From NCBI GenBank assembly GCA_051294905.1, contig CM119384.1, positions 1,178,001-1,242,000 on the forward strand: a stretch of DNA of 64,000 nt. Reading direction: 5' to 3'. Below, in pieces: positions 11,422 through 32,900 of this stretch. The notes beneath the pieces were generated by a model. It was not told where the DNA came from and did not search any database. It saw only the letters and a program-made list of their open reading frames with translations. This DNA comes from Botryllus schlosseri. Lineage: Eukaryota. A program made the translations under genes and the position numbers. The stretch's first letter is position 1, and each line of letters begins with the position of its first letter.

Positions 11422-11976
11422 CAGGGTTGTAACCAAGTCACAAGGCTCCGAGTCACAAGTCACTCTCACTTTTATAGTTTTAAATCGATTCCAGTGAAGT
11501 CATTTTCAATTCGCCACCGAGTCAATTCCGAGTCCAAGTCATCGAGCAGAGGTTCGAGTCCGAGTCATGGTATTATGACTCGAGTCCGAGTCCAAGTTAT
11601 CCTGTTGATGTGTTGACTGCTCGTTTTCCATTTAAAGTTTTGTTAAACCCAATTTCTATAACTCGCTTTGGTGATATCGAATGGTTCGCATTCATAATAT
11701 ACTAATTTTCCTCACTTTTAAATGTTTCTGGTCGCATTTTCAAGTATCAGTAACAATAGGATGGTTAATTTACAATTCTTCGAAATTTCAATGAAATGTC
11801 AGTCTTGGCCGTGTAAGTCTCGAGTCATATGACTTGGTTCGAGTCACGTGCAATTACACATATAGACTCGAGTCGAGTCGAGTCATTTCCGTATTTTGAG
11901 AAAATGACTTGAGTCAAGTCGAGTCATCAGAAAATGGTGACTTGAGTCAATAAATGATCGATTGATTACAACCCTG
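11422..11976. mobile_element. hAT-type MITE, family B (GACTCGAGTC-rich), nested in the fold-back element
   Basis: TIR CAGGGTTGTAA; TSD ACTCGAGT / ACTCTAGT. Confidence 0.85.
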
Positions 11977-12905
11977 ACTCTAGTCATGACTCGGATGTTG
12001 AATTTGGTTCAATTCCAACCAGTAGCCGCATTGCTACAGGAGAAGAAAGATTCTATTTATTATATAAAAATAAATAACAAAAAATTTGAAAATTTTCTGT
12101 TCACCCCATGAAAGTGTTAGGTTGTCTATGGAAACGATGTTCACCAAATTTGGTTCAATTCCAATCAGTGGAAGCGGAGTTATTGCCGTCGAAAAATTTG
12201 GATTTGAATAAAATAGTATTTACGATTATTTACTATAATAAATAATTAAAGAAATAATCACCGTAAATACTATTTTATTCATAATCAAAATTTTTCGAAG
12301 GCAATAACCCCGCTGTAATCATTATGTAAAACGTGAGACTTTCGTTTCATCCAATCACGGATATATTTCATAAAAATATGTTTGAATCAGGCTTGTTGGC
12401 ACGTACCCTTATACATGGAATGTGCAGCGGCTTCATTTACTCATAGTAGTTTGATATAGTTCCCAGGCGAGTAGGTCTCCGAGCTATATTTTATTCATGA
12501 TATACCAATCAAAGTAACACACCCTGGTGCACTAGTATCGAAATATTGTCTTTGGGCCGTGCATTATATTAATTAGATACGTATAAGGCCCGTGTAGTGA
12601 GTATATAGGCCTCAATATACTATACCTGCAGTCGCACACGTCCGATATCAGATCAGTGAATATCTATGATAGGCAGAGCCGTTAGTAGGGAAGGCCTACA
12701 CTACATCCACGGAATCGCACAGGTGTTAGTCAATATTATAACAAATATATATTTACAGCTGCATAATTATTCGTAAGTAGAGCTTTCAATACAAAGTAAC
12801 GAAATTTCTTTTGATCCCGTGTGGATGTCACAATATCTGTTCCCCGCCTGTACACTGAAAATCAGGAAGATAGTCCTTGCATGCAATGTAATGAATGAAT
12901 TCGAG

Positions 12906-13640
12906 TCCACAGGTGCTCCTGAGCTGACAGCTGCGCACTATTTCAATCAGGACGTGGTCCTGAGCTGATAGCTGCGCACTATTTCAACCCGGACTACCTC
13001 TGGAGCTGATAGCTGCGCACTATTTCAACCCAGACGTGCTCCAAAGCTGATAGCTGCGCACTATTTCAACCCGGACTACCTCTGGAGCTGATAGCTGCGC
13101 ACTATTTCAACCCAGACGTGCTCCAAAGCTGATAGCTGCGCACTATTTCAACCCGGACTACCTCTGGAGCTGATAGCTGCGCACTATTTCAACCCAGACG
13201 TGCTCCAAAGCTGATAGCTGCGCACTATTTCAACCCAGACGTGCTCCAAAGCTGATAGCTGCGCACTATTTGCATCCGGACTTGCTCCGGAGCTGATAGC
13301 TGCGCACTATTTCAACTCAGACTTGCTCCGGAACTGATAGCTGCGCACTATTTGAACCCAGACGTGCTTTTGAGCTGATAGCTGCGCACTATTTCAACCC
13401 GGACGTGCTCCGGAGCTGATAGCTGCGCACTATTTGAACCCAGACGTGCTTTTGAGCTGATAGCTGCGCACTATTTGCATCCGGGCGTGCTCCGGAGCTG
13501 ATAGCTGCGCACTATTTCAACCCAGACGTGCTCCAGAGCTGATAGTTGCGCACTATTTCATCCCGGACGTGCTCCGAAGCTGATAGCTGCGCACTATTTG
13601 AACCCAAACGTGCTCCAGAGCTGATAGCTGCGCCCTAAAC
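12906..13640 (-). repeat. 41-bp tandem array, 18 units (right arm, reverse complement)
   Basis: CACTATTT recurs every 41 nt from 12943 to 13599, plus a terminal GCGCCCTAAA unit. Confidence 0.95.
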
Positions 13641-13799
13641 GATACGTGACCTTTAAATGACCTGTATGTCTGCGATTTTTGGTGATAGCTGCGATAGCTG
13701 TGATAGCTGAGTATATCCACAAGTGATAGCTGCGATAGCTGAGTATATCCACAAGTGATAGCTGCGGGAGCTGCGATAGCTGAGTATATCCACGGGGCC

Positions 13800-13823
13800 A
13801 GTTTAGCATATAAATAGATAAAA
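13800..13823 (+). promoter_or_regulatory. Putative 3' splice or trans-splice acceptor and short AT-rich 5' UTR of TAF6
   Basis: GTTTAG at 13801-13806, followed by 17 nt to the ATG. Confidence 0.45.
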
Positions 13824-24458
<10,635 letters not shown>

Positions 24459-24876
24459 AGATCCGAAGTGAGGGGCAGCTACGTTAGCCTGCCGCCATCT
24501 CGTCAATATTCCAGGGACCGGTCGCACTGCAAGAAAGAACTTGTGTGTGGTGCTGTTCTGCGCTCTGCTGCGGAAATTTGTCATGGGCAGTATGGAACTG
24601 CAATGCTAAACTCACACTTGACTGTGGCAGAACAAGTATGCCACATATTCAACATCGGTGATGGTGATGAGATCTCTGTTTCGTACAGTACGCGGTCGCT
24701 TCTAGAGCCTGATTGATATTGTTTACGGACAAAATTGATAACTTACACCTTCGCCGATATCCAAAAGACACAGCAGCTAGCTTGGGACGCATTTCCAAAA
24801 CTTCATAGCATTCATTTGAACATCTTGCTATGCTCGGACATGAAATCAACTAGAAAGTCTGCATCGATGTACCCAC

Positions 24877-24926
24877 GATGAATACTTTGACCCGATACCC
24901 ACGATGAATACTTTGACCCGATCTGG
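24877..24926 (+). repeat. Local tandem duplication of about 26 bp
   Basis: TACCCACGATGAATACTTTGACCCGA occurs twice in tandem. Confidence 0.85.
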
Positions 24927-26902
24927 TTCTATATATGATCGACTTGTTAATGGTTGAGATTAGGTTACAATCAGAGACTACACTACACCCCTGTGACAAT
25001 ATTACAAAATCTGGCATTTTATGCACAATTGAACATGCGACGTTGCCCTTCTCGACTGGCATTTAAACCGCACAAATGTTCGTGCCATCACTGCTATCTT
25101 GCAATGATCAAATTCAGATCAGTTATTGTCTTTTGTTACTTTTTATCAAGATTCTTTATACTGAAATACATTACTGGACTTTACCTCTGGAGGCTTGTTG
25201 AAGATTTTCTTATCAATCGGTGTTGCAGCGGTCAGTAGATTTCAGTGCTTGTACCAGTGTCTGCCCATTAGGTTGCTCTTGGTGAGACTCGAAGGTACGG
25301 AACTTCAGAATAAAATTGAATAATATACTGACATTGAAATGATCCCGAGTATTATGGGAAGAAGATTGTATATCAACAATCGTTTCTCTTGTAAGTGTTG
25401 TATCCATAGAAATTCTCTTTGCAGCAACTCATCTAATGAAATGAGTAGTACAATGCAAATGCTACATAGTCAGGACGCATACTTATCGCTGAAATGAGTG
25501 CATTGTTCGTTGTTCATAATTTGAATATTACAGAGTTCATCTCAGTCCTAGGAGAGTAATTACTTAACTAGAAACATGTCGAAAAGTAGCACGCAATTGA
25601 GAAGAAAGTTAGTAGACGGTTAATTTTCGACTGCCCCACCCAGGTGCTCTGGCAATGGAAATGCGTCAGGTTATCGAGAACCAAAGAAATATCACAAAAC
25701 GGGCAATCTAACAAAGTAAGAGCTGCACCTGTTGCTACGAGATCGCATAAACGTGATCCAGCGTTAACTACTTTCAGAAGCTATAGTAGGTTTATTGATT
25801 CAGTATTATCTGCTTGAATTTCGTCTTGAAATAAGACGATGTCCTATACCTCCTCGGCTCTACGATATCCGTAAATACCTTGCCCGGCGAATTGAATTGG
25901 TGTCGTACGCATAGGGTCTTTTAAATACCAATTACACAGTGTCAACTTTCACCGATTTGGTAGCCGGAAAACGGCCAAGCCTCTTCCTTCCCTCAGATTA
26001 TATTCCCCGAACCATATTCGACTGTTATGATCCGAGTATTTTGCGTTTTGTTGATTGGTAAATTATTAACAGTATTACGGAGCACGAATATATTCGAAGA
26101 ATTTTCGGGAGTACACTGAACCCCTGATGAATGAGTTGGGAATTTTCAATTTTTTTTTATATATTTTACACTCGCATCTCTATATTCCGTCCGTAAGATG
26201 GCAGCATTGTTCTGATTGTTTGCTTGTTGGATTTGGGCAACGTTATGTTTACAACACAAGCGAGATCCGTTCGCTTCCATGAATGAATTCTCTTATTTCG
26301 CGACGGGAGGCCATGTCGGTTCGTTCAAAGATCGAGACCAAATGGAAGATAGTTTTTGCTTGCCGGTTCTTGGTTCATGACGTAGGCTTGATGCGAATAC
26401 CTTGGATACCCGTACTGTGTCATGCGATGGAGGTATCTGTTTTTTTGTGTACTATGCAATTCCAATCATATTCGCTTGGTTCGTGATTGCTTTGGCGAAT
26501 TTGACTCCAGAAACCTACTGGGAAGTGTAATTAATAAGCTTAATACCACGCGGCCTATCTACAACTGTAATTTGAACCTGATTCTAGAATCTTGGTGCTA
26601 CTTCTTCCATAGGGAATTGAAATCATTACCTTATAGTTCTATAAAATTCATTGTTCGAATTCAAGTATGGCTACCAGCTCTTAGGATTTTTACTATTCTC
26701 GTTTAATGCCGTATGTAGGCCTAACCTTGTTGTATAACATAGCCATAGACATGTTATAGCAAAGTTCCTGTAGTGTAATGATTTATCTATATCTGATTTG
26801 TGCTGTGTACCGAAGCCTATGTCTAAATCAAACGATAGCGTCTATGCTAAACCTATTGCAAAGGCATGAATGTATTTGTCTATACTGTGAGATACAATTT
26901 AC

Positions 26903-27394
26903 TAGGGCTGGGCACAATGATTCGAGTACTCGAATCTGAATCGAGTATTAATTTCAATGATTCGAGTCGAGTAGTAAATGTCGATTTTTTCGAGTACTGA
27001 AATTATACACTTCTCACCACTGAAGGTTAATTTTTCAACGAGAATTTATAGTTCCGATACTATTGAAGCCTAGAAACCTTTGATTGGCGGTGTCGTAGCA
27101 TACGAGGTTAGCCTACTGGACGTAGCACATTTCCGAAGTCATGATTATTCCACAACATTGTCACTGTCACCAAGGGTAATGAAATCGATATGGTCAAAAA
27201 TACCAAAGTATCTTTTATTAGATGGATAACAGGCATTATATTCTTGGTGGTGGCATTAGTCCATATTTGAACTTTGACGCATTACAATTTGTTATGACGT
27301 CATAATGCGTGATACTCGATTACTCGACTCGACTCGAAGCATATTACGTGATTCAGAATCGAATCACTCAGGTACTCGATTTTGCCCAGCCCTA
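26903..27394. mobile_element. hAT-type MITE, family A
   Basis: TIR TAGGGCTGGGCA / TGCCCAGCCCTA; TSD CAATTTAC; collinear with 7168-7698. Older copies lie at about 20120-20440, 21496-23480, 30900-31237 and 61770-62100. Confidence 0.9.
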
Positions 27395-28221
27395 CAATTT
27401 ACCTTCAAACAGATTTGGTATTTAATTGCTTTTTCTGGTTATTGATAGGTAGGCGATGGCCCGCAGGCCTACCCAATAAACTTCCTGTGATGACATTGCA
27501 GTCCTAGTCACTAGCAAAACCTATGAGGGGACAGATCAACCCAAGATAGTAATTCATATATGAAGTCTGTTTCAAGGAGACCATAGTTATGGATACTGCT
27601 CTGGTTTCAGTGCAGAAAAAATACTGCAATTCTTGTCTTTAGCATACTGCGAATGAGGAATGATCGATTGATCATACATCACACAGTAATTCTGGCTTCC
27701 ATTGTCTATTCAGGTTTACATGCTGGCAAATGAGATTTGAATATTTACTTGATTATTGATTGGAGAATTGAGTGTTTTAAGAATTTGAATTTTGTTCCCT
27801 TAATTACACCCCTTTTAATTCTGTAATCTCGGATATTCTAAGCCTAATATTTTTAAAGATCTTCTGAAAAACTGTCCGGCAAAAAATTTGCATGGATAAG
27901 AAGGGGTCAAGGTTGTGCCTCAAAGTTCTCATTACCTGCGCAATTTGTCTTTGATACCCCGCAAATATGTTTAAATGAATTGTAAATCTAGGACTATGAG
28001 ATATGTTAGCTTTTATATATGTGTCTATAAGGTTCCAGTAATATGGAATATTTCAATTATTGGTGTTTTGTTGATATCTAGGTATAATCGATCTGTAAAT
28101 GATCACTTTATTCAAGTTGTAACCAAATTAACTCTCTATACGTACCTTTGAAACGTTATTATTTGATACACACACATTTTTCGTTCGGCTGCTTCATTTC
28201 AGCGTTGAATGCATACTAGCC

Positions 28222-29138
28222 TAGGGTTGCCATACGTCTGGCATACGTCTGGAATTTCCCGGACATGTCCGGAATTTCACTATTAAAACTGCGTCCGGGA
28301 GGAATGTCCGGAATTTTGAAGTAAGCTCATAATTTTTTCCTAAATCAACATAAACAATATTATTTTTGGGCAGATTTATGCTACATGAAAATTTTCTTCG
28401 CGCTGCGCGCGATTTAGTAGGACATATATTTATTTTAATATGGGGACTACCACCCTCGCAAAAACTGCGATAAAAAATAAACCAAAATAACATTAAGTTA
28501 CAGAAATAAGTTTAATTGTAATCGCAATTACAAGATAAAAGTATATTCATAGAGTCGGTTTAGGCCGTTTGGACATATATGACTTAACGATGTACAAGAT
28601 AGCGTAAACCGACAGGATAGTGTAATAGTGAAGCGTCCGGCTTCTTGGTCGGTAGGTCGTGGGTTCGATCCCCAGCCGGGTCAGACCAAAGACCTGATTA
28701 GTAACGCTGGTGTCCATGACTTCTCCACTTGACGCATTGTGATAGTATGGCGGGGTGGTGCAAGACTTAGAAAGCCGTACAAGGCTATATCTGCATCTTC
28801 CTTGTCCAGTGGAATATGCTTATTGACATAGTTCATTCAAATCAGATGCATAGTAAGCCCTCAGATTTTGCATCGCTTACCCTACGATCGGCTCGAGATC
28901 AGTGTTTATTTGGGCGGGAGTGGGCTGGAAAATGTGGGTTCGGCCCTGGTTACAACTTACAACACCCAACCACACACTCCTGAAGCTGAACCGGATCGTG
29001 ACCACCTCTAGTCGATAGACAAAGCTTTGCTAGTGTGACGTCATATTGACCCACAATGTGCTCAAACCTCCTTTTGAAATCCGCTAGTGGGCGCTAAAGA
29101 GCGTCCGGGATTTGTGTTCTAAAAATATGGTAACCCTA
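28222..29138. mobile_element. hAT-type non-autonomous element containing a SINE
   Basis: TIR TAGGGTTGCCA / TGGTAACCCTA; TSD TACTAGCC; subterminal (T/G)TCCGG repeats. Confidence 0.87.
28612..28815 (+). mobile_element. tRNA-derived SINE
   Basis: A-box-like TAGTGTAATAGTG, B-box GGTTCGATCCC (28662-28672), then CCGGGTCAGACCAAAGAC. A homologous copy lies at about 55285-55460. Confidence 0.75.
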
Positions 29139-29931
29139 TACTAGCCTACATCGCAAATTCATAATTTTGTCTGTGAACCTGGATCGTAATGACCATTGTG
29201 AATTTGTGATAGGCCTACACCATTTGTAAATTGTAAAGAATTAATATCGCGCAAACAAATTAGCTTTTAAATCTTTAATTTTCCACTAAATCACCAATAA
29301 AATCATTCCCTGTCGCAACTATGCACTGGATTGAAAGTTCGAAGCTTAGTAACAAACTCGCAGAGTTTAGATAATGGAATTCATTCAGATTTGCATGAAC
29401 TGCATATCTGGTTAGTTGATTACTTGGTTAATTACTGGTCTTTTGAGTAGTTCTAGCTCTGGTTGTGGATTTGAAAACTGAGGGGCTCTAGTTATGTATA
29501 ATTAGTTGCCGAACAACTAGAAAACAACATTCGCAGTTTCGTGTGAATCGTGATACCGGTGTTCTGTTGTGTGATGTTCTTGCAGTCATTGCTAGCTCAG
29601 AGAAATCACTGCTAATAGTGGCGTAGCAAAGGGGTGGGTTTTCGGGGTCGAAACGCATACCATTTCAAACTTGTACTGATGTCGGGCTGGTTGTGGAGTT
29701 TTAAAGTTCGTTAGTTCTGGTTGCACATTTTGAAAATCCAGTAGCGTTTGAAAGTCTGTAACCGGTGTGTCGGCTATATCTCTGAAGAACGACAGATGTG
29801 TTATTTGTATTGCTCCAATTGAACTGGTTCGTGACAACTCTTATTTTATGTAACTTTCCAGAATTCGTGCTTGTGTGATGAACACTTCGGTTACTGTTTT
29901 TCCGTTAATAAAATCCAAAGTTTAAAAGGCA

Positions 29932-32900
29932 ATGTCGTCTGAAATGGACACATCCACCGCGGCACCCACAGAATGTGATGCCGAGAAAAGCACTATCGAC
30001 TGTGACATGGACTTAGAGAGCGATTCAATGTGTTTGGACACGCACGTCGATCTCAACGACGACAAAAGCCAAGCTGTTGATGTCCCAGACTCTTCAAAAA
30101 TGGCGACAGGAAATAGTCGAAACGGCAGCGTGTTCAAACTTCAAATGGCTAAGAGCGACAGTGTGCCATTGGCGGACGAATCCGACAATAGGCAGTCACT
30201 TGAAATGAGCAATACCACCACTGAAACGTGCCCGAACGAAGCATTCAAACTGTCTCCCCCTGTCTTCATAAACTCCGAAACGTTTCAAAAGAATTTACTG
30301 GACGACAGCCCATTCCAAAAGCCGACTGTGTGCAGAACTCATAGCGTTGGGTCCGGCGATCCATCTCCGTACGCGATAAGGCGTCGGCCTGGCAAATTGG
30401 CGTTTCCGAATCAAACCAGAAGCCCGTCGGCGTTCAAACGGAAACTCAACATATCGTCACAGTTGAAGTTTGATGATGTGTTGGGCGATAGTGACTTGAA
30501 AAGATGTAACAGCGCCCCGATGCTGAATGATATGAAGTAAGACAATTAATATTTAATTTAATTATTTCTGTTAAGAGAGGCTTTTGCGTTGTTGTCAATT
30601 CGGGCATATGTAGGTTTTATTCTATTAAACCTATTGAGCATTGGCTCGCTATATTTAATGGTGAAATTTCGGTGAGTATCCGATCACTAAAACGTGCCTT
30701 CTGTGCTGACGAATCCCAATTAGATTACCCATACTAGACTGCGTATGGCATAGGCCTTCGCTCATTTACACGTGAACATATGGCATTGCAGTTACGGCAA
30801 AATCAAGTACCGGTATCTGATTGAATGGGTTGGTGCCATTAATGAAAAATGTTTAAAATTCAAATATGAAAATGAGTATCTTTTATCCTACGACATATAA
30901 TATAATCTATCACGTCACGTCAAAGATAATTTGGTATTTTTTTGACCATGCGTATTTTTTTTTGCACTGGGCTGATCACGATTTCACAGATATGTCATCT
31001 CCACTAATGTGTGTAACTTAGTACTACATGTTTCGTATGCTGTGATTCTACCAATTGAAATTTCACGGTTTTCAGAGTTGAAATGCTATCGAAATTATAA
31101 TTTTCATCGATGAATCAACTCCAAGTGGCGAAATCGTATAATTTCAGTACCAGGAAGAATCGTCTCTCACTACGTGACTTAAATCTTTAGAATACTCGAT
31201 TCAGATTTGAGTACCCAAATCATTGTGCCTAGCTCTAATTGTAGCCAGACATGGGGTGATTACTTCACGAATGTAATCGATTGCGATTACGATTACTTGT
31301 GAGTCCCGCGATTACGATTACGATTACGATTACAGCAAAATCAGGAAGTAGTCGATTACGATTACGATTACATTTCAAAAGTAATCACGATTACTCACGA
31401 TTATATTTGTTTTGCTTCTTAGAACTAATTTCAGAAGAGATATTGGAAGACAATATAAGGCTTGCAATGAAAAGGTCAAATGAATAACAACTTTCTTTAT
31501 AAATTATACGTAATTTGCTTGTTACGTCATAATGCACCCATTGCCCAACTCTATGCAGGACTATTCGTCGCCCGTAACGATTTGCATTCTTACCAGGTCC
31601 GTAACTGTCACACTCAAAACTCCCCAATAGGACCGAGAGCGAGCTCTAAGAGGACTCAAAAGTACTTCGTCAGTCAACATAAATTATTATAGAGTATTTT
31701 CAAGAGAGTTAATTAACTTGAAAATTTTCTTCGAGCTTCGGGATTTAATGTCTTTAAATAGCTTGATTTTGAAATGCATACCTCTCCCCCTCAAGAAAAA
31801 AAAAGCATGCATAATTTATAGGAATAGGCATTTCGGTGGCGGTCATTGCCCCGCCACAACACACCAAAAGAAGTATGCAATTTCGGCCAACATTCAACTC
31901 CACAAAGTGTGCTACCAAAGAATGACCTTGGCCAAAACGAAATTCAGTCATCAACTTTAAAACTGGCCACCCTATGGGGCTCCAATACCCAGGGTTGTAA
32001 TGACTCGAGTCATGACTCGACTCGAGTCCGACTCGAGTTGCGATTTGTTGGTGACTAGACTTAACTCGAGTCATTTTTTCAAATGCGCAAATTAACTCGA
32101 CTCGATTTTGCATGACTCGAACCAAGTCATATGACTCGAGATTAGAACGGCCAAGACAGACATTCCATGTAACTTCGAAGAATAGTAAAGTTACGGCATT
32201 ATTTGTATTTCGTCTATCAGTCCTGATACTTGGAAATAGGGCCGTAAACTGTGAAAACTGATGAAAATTACTATATTATGAATACGAGCCATTCTATTTC
32301 ACTCGAGCAAAGTTGAAAAAAGTGGGTTGAACCGGATTGATCTGAAACTGATCTGTGTACATAACGACTTGGACTCATACTCGAGTCAAACACTATGATT
32401 CTAACTCAACCCTAAACTAGCTGACTTGGACTCGGACTTGACTCGGGGGTGAATTGAAAATGACTCGACTTGACTCGAGTCAAAACTATAAAAGTGAGAT
32501 TGACTTGTGACTCGGAACATTTTGACTTGGTTACTACCTTACCAATACCAACGTTTGGAGTGCGGGACGAATTGCTGTTTTGGTCCTGATTGTACCAACA
32601 GCCCACGCTAACATGGTGTATAAGCGGATGGCTATGGCGACAGGTATAAATGTCGAGTGAAGAATTCTGAAATAACGATTGGCGCCCGTTTCAAGTAGAG
32701 TCATATGAGAATAAGATAAAGTGAACTTACAATTGTACCTTCCACTTAATACAGATACTGCAAGCTGCCGTTACGAGAAACGGCAAAGAACGGTTATGAT
32801 ATATCTCAGCAGCTGTTGATTTTGACCATCGTAATGTTTTATTTAACGAGTACAAAATTTCAAATCTTTGTCCGGTGTACGTACAATACATACGTATACT

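Larger units (their letters stand above)
10561..13799. mobile_element. Fold-back element with long modular TIRs (about 840 and 890 bp) and a 7-bp TSD
   Basis: Ends GGCCCCGTGGATA...TATCCACGGGGCC. AGTTTAG is directly repeated at 10554-10560 and 13800-13806. Each arm has outer CAGCTATC repeats, a unique spacer and a 41-bp array. Confidence 0.9.

Noticed and set aside
10706-13640. Regular 41-bp repeats resembling a CRISPR array
   Set aside because: Units are contiguous with no unique spacers, occur as inverted arms, and the context is eukaryotic with no cas genes.
28612-28680. Possible tRNA gene
   Set aside because: A and B boxes are present but there is no acceptor stem or anticodon arm, and it continues into sequence shared with a second copy, so it is a SINE head.
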